A stretch of 64,000 nt of DNA from Basidiobolus meristosporus CBS 931.73 (GCA_002104905.1 MCFE01000188.1:62001-126000), one strand, 5' to 3'; positions 40,434 to 51,932 are shown, numbered from the stretch's first letter. Numbers and translations: made by a program. Notes: generated by a model from the letters alone, not told the origin.

Positions 40434-40930
40434 TTCAATACAGGAGGCACTCAGAAAGAGTAGGAGTAGAAGAACTGGCAGCAATAAAGGGAAAGGTAAT
40501 GGGGAAAAAGTCTACCCAAGCCTGAAACAGGGAAACATGCAAAAAAACAGCAGCTCTTGCCAATCAATGCTGTAAGCCTTTTAAGTTTTAATGGAAATAA
40601 ATCAATTTGTACGCATAAAAGGAAGAGAAACAATTGAGTCAGGTGATAAGCAGTGTGAAAAAGAGGTTATAGCCAATCAATGCGCACAACTATAGGAGGT
40701 GATGAAGTGTCTGGGATCCAAAAGTGAGAAAATTAGAAGAGAACCAATCAAAAGCCACTTTTGTATTGATGTGATGGGAAAATGTTATCATGTGTATTAT
40801 GATATTAGGGGTGCAATTATTTTTTGACAGTCTTCACGCCGCATCCTGATGGAATCAATACCTCTTAGTCATGGGACTTGGAATCTTTGATGGCCTTTTG
40901 ACAGGATCATCACAATAATCTCTCATAGTG

Positions 40931-43900
40931 CATTGCTATCAGCTGAAAATGAAAGCTTCTGGAACTTTTGTTGTCAGGATAGGTGGGATGAAACTTTGTA
41001 GGGCCATAGTTCCTGTAGCAACAGAGAAGTTCAAAAAGGAATCTCCTAGAGTGGCTTTGAGTAGATGGTCCATGGTACTTGGTATAGTTCCCCTCTAATG
41101 TGTCAGAAGGAAATCTATTTGTAATGAGGAGAATGACGTAAAAAACCATTCAGATGAGTAAGCTATGTTAAAATAGATAGGTGATTGTGTAGATGTAATT
41201 TGAACTAATTTGGCTCAACCTGCTTAATTTATTCAATTCTCCGTGAGTTTCAATTAAATCTCCATCAATTATCATGGATCCCACATTTCTATGACCAAAA
41301 TCTTCAGTAAACAATGGCTTGGTCATTTTGTTGATGATTTACTCTGAAGCCTATAGTCTGGTAGGCAATCTGCAACTAATGGGATCTGATCTGTGTCAAT
41401 GAAATCTGATAAAAGGAAAACTCAACACTCACATTAGTATGCATATATTTTTGTATTGGACCAAGTTGATAGCAATAAGCTACTGTATGAGTATTCAAAT
41501 CTGCCACTATGATTGCTATGCCAAGTTTCAATTCATTTTTAGTGCAACTAGCATAGACTGCACTGGTAAAGACAATCTATGATCTGCTTGGGTTTGAGAA
41601 AATGACTTAGTATGGCCCAAGTGTCTATGCAAGCCTTCATACAGATATTTGGGCACTACTCATTCATCCAGCAGTACTGGATGCCATGAAGGGTCCAATA
41701 GATTGGTGAACTTGAGTAGAAGGCTGTGGCACAAGTTCTATATAAAGGTGCCTGCAGATGTGTATAGTAAGATATATCACAAGACAAGTATTGAGGTTAA
41801 GAATGAGCTGCAAGTGAGGGGATCTGTTCAGGAAGCTGCGTGCAAAAAATTCTGTAAGTAATTTGCATAGCACAGACAAGACGCATCCTTTTGGGTCTCA
41901 ACTTTGGGAACCAAGCAGATTTTGAATTAGTTTTTGCCTCAAATGATTAACATAATACAATATATATTAGTGGTAGCATGTAGCTTGGAAGAGCAATATA
42001 TACTGGACTCATCAAGGCAACATTTTCAAGGTATCAGATAGATAGTGAGTGAATACATTGAGGAAACAAATGGTGAGCATCAAGAGAAAGAATACTGAAT
42101 GTGGGCAACTGCATCCAGATAGTGCCAGACAGTGTAGAGCTATTAAATTACTTTATTGTCAATACCTTTGGGAATTTAGGAAGATCATGTATTTCAGACA
42201 TTGCAATTATGTCAATATGATAGACTCGTTTGAATCATACTGTGTCAGGGTGTGTGGCACAACCAGCAGTTGCAAAGAACTATTGGGCATGGCATTGTAG
42301 CTACCAGAAGGCAGGATCTCTTGTGGACAATTTTGCACTATGTGCAACAATCATGCACACTATGACACAATCAAGCTAAATGAGGTTGGCACAGATAATT
42401 GCGCCCACTGGTAATGTTTGCTTCAGATGTGCAATTGGATAACACAATTGTGGAAGGTAGAATTCTGTACAGGTATATGCTTCTTTGATGTAAATTGACA
42501 CAAATGCATTACATACTACAAACTACACTTATACTTAACATTTTAGTTGCCATCACTGCAATTGGATGTTATGAAAATGGCAAATTGGTTGAAAAGTAAC
42601 CTGAAGCTCTTAGCCCTCAATTGGCTCATTGACCAACACAGAAGCTATCTGAGTTGCCATCAAATATATAATTTTGCCTATTGAGCGAATAAATTCCTGA
42701 TCTTACTGATAGGACAAGGAGCCATAGCAAGTACACAACCAATTGTGCAGGTAAAAATCAGATCAAATAGCTGCACAGGTTTTACTGATGAAGTACACAT
42801 ATGCAGGGTGTTTACTATAAGGGCTCTGTCTCAAATGTGAAATGCCCTTGATATTACCCATATCAAAAGTTAGTGATCAATGATTTGCAATGGATTGATT
42901 CAGATACCACACTTACCCTCTGTCAAACACTTTGGAACTGTTGCCTTGATGAGTCCTCTATGTACTGCTCTTGAAAGCTACTTAACTCTGCTGATATATC
43001 ATGTAGTACATTAGTCATTTGGGACAAAAGCTCATTCAAAATATCTTTGGTTCCCATCATTGAGACACAAGCAGACACATCCAGCCTGTACTGTGCAAAT
43101 TGCACGTGGAACGGATTGTGCATTGCTTCCCCATCAAGTCTCTTCACTCTCAGCTCATTATTGATCTTGGTACACTTCTTGTTATTAATCTTCTTACATA
43201 AATCTGCCAGCATCTGGATGTAGAACTCATGCCACAGCTTTCTACTGAGATTGCTTCATCTCTGTAACTTGCTGAGGTATCCAGTTCTGATAGATTAATG
43301 AGCAGTGCCCATTTATCTTTCTAAAGGCTCCTGATTGACGCTTGGGCCATACAACAATCATTTGGCAAGAACTTGAACAGATCCAAGATTGACTTTTCTG
43401 GTCCCAACTGTGCTTGTGAGCTGGGTGATGGGTTTTAACTAGGTTGTACTGAAGTTGAATTATGACCTGTTATAAGGACCATAGTGATAGATTGGGACAC
43501 ATATACAGTATTACATTGGCATCAACCTGGTCTTCTATGAAGTATATATGACAACAAACAATATTGCTGAATATTCCACATGTTATGTATGATGCATCTT
43601 GGATTTCATTGACACACATTAGTTCCCATTAGCTGCAGATTGCCTGTTTGATTATATGCTTTTAAGTAAATCATCAAAAAACTCACCAAGTCATTGTTTA
43701 GGATGTTTTTTGTAACATAATGATGGGATACCTGGCAATTTATGAAGATTTAATACAAATACATGAAAAATCAAATAAATTAAGCCGATTGCACCAAATT
43801 GATTCATATCACCTCTACTTGATCATGCATCAATTTTGATATGACTTAATCATCTGAATGATTTTTCCCATCAAGCTCAATACTACCACTGATTTTCCTT

Positions 43901-43956
43901 TTGGCACATTAAAGGATATCTATACCTAGAATTGTGGACCATGTACCTCAATATAA
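40931..43956. repeat. Large decayed inverted repeat; the arms carry remnants of one unknown ORF
   Basis: ~41030-42040 aligns to the reverse complement of ~42920-43956 (~65-70% by eye), e.g. LWHKFYIKVPAD...KNELQV vs LWHEFYIQMLAD...NNELRV, and DSSRQHFQ vs DSSRQQFQ. Confidence 0.85.
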
Positions 43957-44322
43957 TGTTGAAATATTGAACTATTTGGTATCATTCAGCAGCTAAAAAT
44001 CTACTTAACAACTCTAGACTGGTCTTGGTCACTGTAGCACTCATTTACTGCCTTAACTTCGCCACTTTCTCCAGATATATGATCTTATGATTATTCCCCT
44101 ATAGTCAGGATCAAATCAGCACTATTACCAAACATTATGTACTAGCCCTGAAACTGTTACAGTATGCTCCTGAATATTGAGGAACCCTCCCTACTTAGTG
44201 TTACAGCTGTATTACTTCTACAAAGGTATAAGTACTGAGCTTCTTTATGAATAAACAACAGTTCAACTATTATCACTATTTCTAGATTTCCCTATATCCA
44301 AATCACTTCTTCAATTTCAACA
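43957..44322 (+). repeat. Copia F LTR, inverted relative to the adjacent F fragment
   Basis: TGTTGAAATATTG...TTTCAACA; no PPT upstream. Confidence 0.9.
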
Positions 44323-44334
44323 TCTTCCATGGTA

Positions 44335-45953
44335 GATGTCATGCTCATTTTCTGTTCCCTAATGTGTCCTAGCCTCCTACGCCACGTCTCCCAGTTGGTT
44401 TCATCAGTTTCAGCAATGTTGATATACCCAGGTACAATGATCTTGCATTGCAACTTGTATATATTGTGATCTCTGATTCCCAAAGCTAATTTTTGTCCAT
44501 TTTCACTCAATATTGAGCATCTCAGCTTAGTAAAAACAAATTTCAGTCCCTGAGTAGTTGCTTTACTGACTGAGAGTAGGTTCTTAGCTATTCCAGGTAC
44601 ATAGAGTACGTCAGTCAGTTTTGCTGTTGTTGCCCCTGAGTTATCACTCATATTTAGTTGTATAGACCCACTGGCGGTAGCTTCCAATGCAGAGTTATCT
44701 CCCAGATAAACCATTCTTACGGGAATAGTCTTTAAGTTGCTGAACCAATCCTTTATACCACAAATATGCTGTGAGGCTCCAGAGTCAATATACCATTCAT
44801 TATTTTGGTTACTTGCACTCTCTTGTACATTTACAAATAACTGTTCATCAGTAGTTATATGGTTTGCCTGCTCTAGTTTCTGTTTTTTGTCTGCTTGTTT
44901 CTTCTTGCATTCTCTTGCCCAGTGTCCTGGCTTTTTACAGTAGTTACAGCAGCCAGGTTATCTTTGGTTTTGTTGCTTTCCCTTCTTTTCTGTGTGCCTT
45001 TCTGTACTGAATAAAGCATTATCTTCAATTTTCTCTGCTTGATCATTACGTCTGAGTTCTTCATGGAGAAGTCTTCCTTTGAGTTAGTATAAAGTTAAGT
45101 TGTCTTCTCTGCTTTTGAAAGGAAGTACGAGTGGCTCATACTTGTCTGGTAGGCTGCAAAGCAGACAGAGTATCTTTTCTTCATTATCTACACCAGCATT
45201 AGTACTTTGTTTCAAATAAAGCTTGCTTGATACTGACTTTGCACTAAAGATCTTCTCTAAGGATTCCCATGCTGCATTGGCAGTATTTGAGGCATGAATT
45301 TGTCCAATGAAGGAGTCTTGCACATAGATGCATATGGCATTGAAGGCCTTTCTCTCCTTCTCTTCAAACTTCTCCACATCTTCTGCTATTCCTTTGGACT
45401 CAACTTCCTTTCCTGTTACTATGTTCCAAAGCTTTCTTTCCTCAAGGTGGATCTGCATCTTGATTCTCCAAAGTCTGTAGTACATCCCATCAAACCTCTC
45501 CTTTACAGGGAAGATGTTGGTATTGCTTTGTTTGCTGGTAGAAGTCATCTTTAGAATAGATTTAGGCAATTGGGGCTCATAACCTGTTGCAATTTAAGAA
45601 GTGATTTAGATATAACGAACTTATCAAGAAATAGTGATAATAGTTGAACTGTTGTTTATTCATAAAGAAGCTCAGTATTTATACCTTTGTAGAAGTAATA
45701 CAGCTGTAACACTAAGTAGGGAGGGTTTCTCAATATTCAGGAGCATTCTGTAACGGTTTCAGGGTTAGTACATAATGTTTGGTAATAGTGCTAATTTGAT
45801 CCTGACTATAGGGGAATAATCATAAGTTCATATATCAGGAGAAAGTGGCTACGTTTAGGCAGTAAATGAGTCCTACAGTGACTAAGACTAGTCTGGAATT
45901 GTTAAGTAAATTGTTAGCTGCTGAATGATACCAAATAGTCCAATATTTCAACA
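44335..45953 (-). mobile_element. Copia F 5' fragment: LTR 45585-45953, PBS, gag-protease remnant
   Basis: Reverse complement of ~47247-48950 with a deletion in gag. Confidence 0.92.
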
Positions 45954-46430
45954 GAAGATTCCTAGCTCAGCCTCTCTGCCAGTACAAGAGCTATTGGCCT
46001 ACAAGATTTCATCCTACCATCCATGGCAACAAAAGTTTGGAAGCTTTCATTCCCAGCTGACAGTAATGGAGAACCATCTTGCAGAGAGTATGAACAGCTT
46101 AGAGCAAGCTTAGAATACTGAGTTCAGTAGCTCCCAGAGACATCCATATCCCAGAGTTTTCAGCAATAGGTTCTATATCAAAAATATGTTGGATGCCTTC
46201 CTAGTCAGTATAAACCAACCTTTTAGAGGGCAGAGGCACTTTTATTCAATGTACACTGAATATTTACTTAGCTGGACTAGAAGTCTTTATTAGATTGCAG
46301 ATGGAATCCTTGACTTGTCTCCCTGAAGAAAAGCTTGGCACCAATTGCTTAACATTGTTGTAGGAGCTTCTAGCCTGAGCTTAGTGTTTATTGGCATAAT
46401 ATATTTCCGGAGTAATGTTCATTAGTAGCT
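45954..46430 (+). pseudogene. Second DDE_Tnp_4-type transposase remnant
   Basis: 45960-46075 is homologous to the reverse complement of 40931-41045; LDAFLVSINQPFRGQRHFYS is homologous to IGDTFLVWFNRPT/GQRHF at ~37860-37900. Confidence 0.6.
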
Positions 46431-47246
46431 AGTTTCTAGTGGAATTGAAGAGGTGATTTGGACTCATGGAACTAACTGAGAAGTGGTGTTAATAGTTGAG
46501 CTGTTGCTTTTTCGTAAAGTAGCTCAGTATTTATACCTTAGTAGAAACTAAGTAAGGGGAGCTTCTGAACCTTGAAGAGCATTCTGTAGCAGCATTAGGG
46601 TTAATATATAATGCTTGGAAAATGTGCTAACTGCACCTTGACTAAAGGAGAATAATCATACATTCATATATTTGAAAGTGCATGGTGAAGCTAGGGCTGC
46701 AAATTGGTCCTACAGTGAAAAAGACTAGTCAGAGCTGTCTGGTAACTTTTTAGTTGCTGAACTTTACTAAATACTCCAATATCTCAGCACTCCTCCTCAA
46801 CTTAGTAAGTTCTTAATCCTAATATCTCTCTGAGATTCTGAGTCTGTGGCCTAGCTAGTGGCTTTGTCAATATATCTGCCACCATTTTGTCAGTTGGGCA
46901 GTAAACTAACTCTATTAAGTTAGTTTCTATAGCTTCTCTTAAAAGTGGTGTTGTATATCTATGTGCTTAGTTCTGGCATAATCTGCAGGATTTCTTGCTA
47001 ATTATGTACAACTGTGATTATCCTTTAAATCCATATTGGCTTATTTCAACTAAAGCCAAAGTCTTTGAACAATATTCATAACCATATAGCCTCTTTGGTT
47101 GCTTGACAAGCAGCCATATACACATACACATATAAACCTTCTGGTTGCTCCATATATATAGTTTCTTGCAGATATCCATATGGAAAGGTTGTTTTGACAT
47201 CCATTTGGTGTAGATCTAGAGTGTGTACAGCTGCCAGGGCTAGAAC

Positions 47247-50200
47247 TGTTGAAATATTGGACTATTTGGTATCATTCAGCAGCTAAAAATTTACTTAACA
47301 ATTCTAGGCTAGTCTTAGTCACTGTAGGACTCATTTACTGCCTTAACTTTGCCACTTTCTCCAGATATATGATCTTATGATTATTCCCCTATAGTCAGGA
47401 TCAAATTAGCACTATTACCAAACATTATGTACTAACCCTGAAACTGTTACAGAATGCTCCTGAATATTGAGAAACCCTCCCTACTTAGTGTTGCAGCTGT
47501 ATTACTTCTACAAAGGTATAAATACTGAGCTTCTTTGGGAATAAACAACAGTTCAACTATTATCACTATTTCTTGATAAGTTCCTTATATCCAAATCACT
47601 TCTTAAATTGCAACAGGTTATGAGCCCTGATTGCCTTAATCTATTCTAAAGATGACTTCTACCAGCAAACAAAGCAATACCAACATCTTCCCTGTAAAGG
47701 AGAGGTTTGATGGGAAGAACTACAGACTTTGGAGAATCAAGATGCAGATCCACCTTGAGGAAAGAAAGCTTTGGAACATAGTAACAGGAAAGGAAGTTGA
47801 GCCCAAAGGAACAGCAGAAGATTTGGAGAAGTTTCAAGAGAAGGAGAGAAAGGCCTTCAAAGCAATATGCATCAATGTGCAAGACTCCTTCATTGGACAA
47901 ATCCATGCCTCAAATACTGCCAAAGCAGCATGGGAATCCTTGGAGAAGATCTTTAGAGCAAAGTCAGTATCAAGCAAGCTTTATTTGAAACAAAAGTTCT
48001 TCAACATGAGAAAAAAGCCAGATGATGACATGCTACAACTCATTACCAGAATGGAGACACTTGCAGAAGAACTTTACAGTATTAATGCTGGTGTAGATGA
48101 TGAAGAAAAGATACTCTGTCTGCTTTGCAGCCTACCAGACGAGTATGAGCCACTCATACTTTCTTTTGAAAGCAGAGAAGACAACTTGACTTTAGACTAT
48201 GTCAAAGGAAGACTTTTCCATGAAGAACTCAGACGTAATGACCAAGCAGAGAAAATTGAAGATAATGCTTTATTCAGTTCAGAAAGGCATACAGAAAAGA
48301 AGGGAAAGCAACAAAACCGAAGAAAACCTGGCTGCTGTAACTACTGTAAGAAGCCAGGGCACTGGGCAAGAGAATGCAAGAAGAAGCAAGCAGACAAAAA
48401 ACAGAAACTAGAGCAGGCAAACCATATAACTACTGATGAACAGCTATTTGTCACTATACAAGAGAGTGCAAGTAACCAAAGTAATGAATGGTATATTGAC
48501 TCTGGAGCATCACAGCGTATTTGTGGTATAAAGGATTGGTTCAGCAACTTAAAGACTATTCCCATAAGAAAGGTTTATCTGGGAGATAACTCTGCATGGG
48601 AAGCTACCGCCAGTGGGTCCATACAACTAAATATGAGTGATAACTCAGGGGCAACAACAGCAAAACTGACTGACGTACTCTATGTACCTGGAATAGCTAA
48701 GAACCTACTCTCAGTCAGTAAAGCAACTACTCAGGGACTGAAATTTGTTTTTACTAAGCTGAGCTGCTCAATATTGAGTGAAAATGGACAAAAATTAGCT
48801 TTGGGAATCAGAGATCACAATATATACAAGTTACAATGCAACATCATTGTACCTGAGTATGTCAACATTGCTGAAACTGATGAAACCAACTGGGAGACGT
48901 GGCATAGGAGGCTAGGACACATAGGGGAACAGAAAATGAGCCAATTGGTGAAAAATCAGCTTGTTTTGGGCCTAAAATACTCAATTCCAATCAAATTGAA
49001 TGTTTGTAAGGGATGTTCATATGGCAAACAAGCTAGGCAACGTTTCAAGAGCTCAGAATGCATCAATACCACCGAAATATTGGCTATTGTACACTCAGAC
49101 ATATGTGGCCCCATGAGAACACTGTCCTTTGGAGCCAAGAGATACTTTATGACGTTTATTGATGACAAGACAAGATATACATGGGTGTACTTCCTCAAAA
49201 CAATGGATGAAGCTTTAGAGACGTTTAAGCACTTCAAGAACATGGCAGAAACACAAACTGGGTGTAAATTGAAGGTACTACAAAGTGACAATGGAGGAGA
49301 ATACTGCTCAAAGGAGTTTGCAAAATACTGCTTGTCTACTGGTATACTTCAACAGACCACAGTTCCTCATACTCCACAGCAAAATGGAGTAGCAGAACGT
49401 GCAAATAGAACAATAGTAGAGATGGGAAGATTTATGCTACATGATAAGGGAATGGACTACAAGTTTTGGGCTGAATCTGTTGCTACCACTGTATACATCA
49501 AGAACAGATGCCCAACAACAGCACTACGTGATTCTACACCCTTTGAAGCATATACAGGCAAAAAACCAGATCTCCAGCACCTCAGGATCTTTGGCAGTGA
49601 TGTTTTTTATCACATCCCTGACAAAAAATGCTCAAAGTTGGAACCAAAGAGTAGAAAAGGGATCTTTCTTGGGTATTGTGAAGATACTAAAGGGTATAGA
49701 GTGTATGATGGCAAAATTCAGAAGCTGATCAAGAGCAGGGACGTTGTATTTGAGGAGAATTCAGATCAGAAAGCCACAGAAATCATTGGCCAGCTGCCTG
49801 ATGATGCAATCAACACAAATGAAGAAGATACGTACCAAATCCAGCCAGAGATGGAAGATACTTCTACCAGTTCCAGATCAGAACAGATTATCCCAGTTAG
49901 GAGATCTACCGGAATAAGAAATGCCCCTGGATCCTGGTGGCAGACATCCAATGATCATGAAGAAGCCTATCTTGCCTTATGTGCCAAACCTCAGAATCTG
50001 GAACAGGCAATGCAAGGTCCAGATGCTACTAAGTGGCAACAAGCCATGCAGGAGGAGTACCAATCACTGATCAAGGCAAAAACGTGGGAACTGGTAGATT
50101 TACCAAATGGGAGAAAGCCAATAGGATGTAGATGGGTCTACAAGATCAAGATAACCTCAAATGGTGCCGTTGATAAGTACAAGGCTAGATTGGTAGCTAA

Positions 50201-51932
50201 AGGCTATTCCCAGATCCAGGGGCTAGACTTTAAGGAAACATTTGCTCCGGTTGCCAAGTTTAACTCTATTAGGACAGTTCTAGCCCTGGCAGCTGTACAC
50301 AGCCTAGATCTACACCAAATGGACGTCAAAACAGCCTTTCTAAATGAGGATTTGCAAGAAACTATATATATGGAGCAACCAGAAGGTTTTAGCAATCCAA
50401 AAAGCCCCCATAAGGTGTGCAAACTTAGAAAATTGTTGTATGGGCTTAAGCAGGCACCCAGAGCATGGTATAACAAGATTGACACATATCTAGAGGAAAT
50501 TGGGTTCTCTCGTAGCACTGCAGATCACAGTATATATGTGAAACAGCTCAAAAAGGGTGTGATCATCCTAGTTCTTTATGTGGACAACCTAATTATAGCT
50601 ACAAGTGATCAAGAGGCACTTAAACAGACAAAATCAGATCTCTTCAGCAAGTTTGAGATGAAAGATCTTGGAAAATTGAGCTATTTTCTTGGAATTGAGG
50701 TCAAATTTGACATACCTACGCAGAAAATAGTGCTGAATCAGTCTAAGTACATCAGGGACATTCTTAGACGCTTCAAAATGGAAAATTGCAAACCTGCAGC
50801 AACCCCTATGGACAATAACCTGAAATTAAGCAAATCTCAGCCAGTTATAGATGAAAACGGCTCAAATATGGACCAAAACTTTCCCTATCAATCAATGGTT
50901 GGTAGCCTAATGTACTTGATGGTGTCTTCACGTCCAGATATTGCAGTAGCAGTTGGAATAGTCAGTCAATTCATGCAGAATTATGGATCAGATCAAATTG
51001 CAGCAGTTAAGCGGATTTTCAGATATCTACAAGGTACCATAAATATGGTACTGGAATACTCTGGAGCAGCTAATAGGCAAAAATTTGATGGTTATAGTGA
51101 TTCAGATTGGGGTAGAGATTTGATTGACAGACGCTCCACCACAGGCTATGTATTTCTTTATGCTGGTGCAGCTATTACTTGGAATTGCAAGAAACAACCA
51201 ACTGTGGCACTATCTACAACTGAAGCCGAATATATGGCTGCATGTCAAGCAATTAAGGAGGCTATATGGCTACGAAAATTATTCAAAGACTTAGGTTTTA
51301 ATTCAGGTGAACCAACATGTATTTACAAGGATAATCAAAGTTGTATTTCATTAGCTAGAAATCCTACTAATCATGCCAGAACTAAGCACATTGATATACA
51401 GCATCACTTTGTGAGGGAAGCTGTAGAAAATAACTTAGTAGAGCTGGTTTACTGCCCAACTGACAAAATGGTGGCAGACATATTGACAAAACCACTAGCT
51501 AGGCCACAGTTTGAGATCCTTAGAGAGAAATTGGGATTAAGAAATTATTTCGTTGAGGGGGAGTGTCGAAATATTGGACTATTTGGTATCATTCAGCAGC
51601 TAAAAATTTACTTACCAATTCTAGGCTAGTCTTAGTTACTGTAGGACTCATTTACTGCCTTAACTTTGCCACTTTCTCCAGATATATGATCTTATGATTA
51701 TTCCCCTATAGTCAGGATCAAATTAGCACTATTACCAAACATTATGTACTAACCCTGAAACTGTTACAGAATGCTCCTGAATATTGAGAAACCCTCCCTA
51801 CTTAGTGTTGTAGCTGTATTACTTCTACAAAGGTATAAATACTGAGCTTCTTTGGGAATAAACAACAGTTCAACTATTATCACTATTTCTTGATAAGTTC
51901 CTTATATCCAAATCACTTCTTAAATTGCAACA
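47247..51932 (+). mobile_element. Full-length Ty1/copia LTR retrotransposon (family F), young
   Basis: 369-bp LTRs at 47247-47615 and 51564-51932 (4 differences by eye); TSD AGAAC (47242-46, 51933-37); PBS GGTTATGAGCCCT 47616-28; PPT GAGGGGGAG 51555-63. Confidence 0.98.
47652..51629 (+). CDS. gag-pol: Copia F Gag-Pol polyprotein, uninterrupted 1325 aa; RT catalytic motif altered
   Basis: CNYCKKPGHWAREC, WYIDSGAS, HSDICGPM, QSDNGGEY, QNGVAER, HQMDVKTAFL, YVDN (canonical YVDD), YSDSDWG, TEAEY. The last ~20 aa read into the 3' LTR because it starts TGTCGA where other copies have the stop in TGTTGA. Confidence 0.96.
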   Translation: MTSTSKQSNTNIFPVKERFDGKNYRLWRIKMQIHLEERKLWNIVTGKEVEPKGTAEDLEKFQEKERKAFKAICINVQDSFIGQIHASNTAKAAWESLEKIFRAKSVSSKLYLKQKFFNMRKKPDDDMLQLITRMETLAEELYSINAGVDDEEKILCLLCSLPDEYEPLILSFESREDNLTLDYVKGRLFHEELRRNDQAEKIEDNALFSSERHTEKKGKQQNRRKPGCCNYCKKPGHWARECKKKQADKKQKLEQANHITTDEQLFVTIQESASNQSNEWYIDSGASQRICGIKDWFSNLKTIPIRKVYLGDNSAWEATASGSIQLNMSDNSGATTAKLTDVLYVPGIAKNLLSVSKATTQGLKFVFTKLSCSILSENGQKLALGIRDHNIYKLQCNIIVPEYVNIAETDETNWETWHRRLGHIGEQKMSQLVKNQLVLGLKYSIPIKLNVCKGCSYGKQARQRFKSSECINTTEILAIVHSDICGPMRTLSFGAKRYFMTFIDDKTRYTWVYFLKTMDEALETFKHFKNMAETQTGCKLKVLQSDNGGEYCSKEFAKYCLSTGILQQTTVPHTPQQNGVAERANRTIVEMGRFMLHDKGMDYKFWAESVATTVYIKNRCPTTALRDSTPFEAYTGKKPDLQHLRIFGSDVFYHIPDKKCSKLEPKSRKGIFLGYCEDTKGYRVYDGKIQKLIKSRDVVFEENSDQKATEIIGQLPDDAINTNEEDTYQIQPEMEDTSTSSRSEQIIPVRRSTGIRNAPGSWWQTSNDHEEAYLALCAKPQNLEQAMQGPDATKWQQAMQEEYQSLIKAKTWELVDLPNGRKPIGCRWVYKIKITSNGAVDKYKARLVAKGYSQIQGLDFKETFAPVAKFNSIRTVLALAAVHSLDLHQMDVKTAFLNEDLQETIYMEQPEGFSNPKSPHKVCKLRKLLYGLKQAPRAWYNKIDTYLEEIGFSRSTADHSIYVKQLKKGVIILVLYVDNLIIATSDQEALKQTKSDLFSKFEMKDLGKLSYFLGIEVKFDIPTQKIVLNQSKYIRDILRRFKMENCKPAATPMDNNLKLSKSQPVIDENGSNMDQNFPYQSMVGSLMYLMVSSRPDIAVAVGIVSQFMQNYGSDQIAAVKRIFRYLQGTINMVLEYSGAANRQKFDGYSDSDWGRDLIDRRSTTGYVFLYAGAAITWNCKKQPTVALSTTEAEYMAACQAIKEAIWLRKLFKDLGFNSGEPTCIYKDNQSCISLARNPTNHARTKHIDIQHHFVREAVENNLVELVYCPTDKMVADILTKPLARPQFEILREKLGLRNYFVEGECRNIGLFGIIQQLKIYLPILG

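Larger units (their letters stand above)
38190..40930 (+). mobile_element. CMC family right half ending in ...CATAGTG (CACTA terminus), with two solo copia LTRs inside
   Basis: Colinear with ~24500-27034 with deletions; ORF 38405-39013 is a second-gene homologue. Confidence 0.82.

Noticed and set aside
35723-40930. A single complete CMC copy with CACTA at both ends
   Set aside because: The flanks do not match (CCAG vs CATT), and the DDE_Tnp_4 gene is split around the right half, which suggests two different copies.
42150-42480. Resemblance to a protein kinase (KIMYFRHCNYVNMIDSF, AGSLVD, DVQLDN)
   Set aside because: The pieces are in different frames, there is no HRD/DFG/APE motif, and another frame fits the stop pattern better.
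41126-43878. Pack-MULE with long TIRs
   Set aside because: There is no 9-bp TSD, and the inverted homology extends beyond these limits into transposase remnants on both sides.
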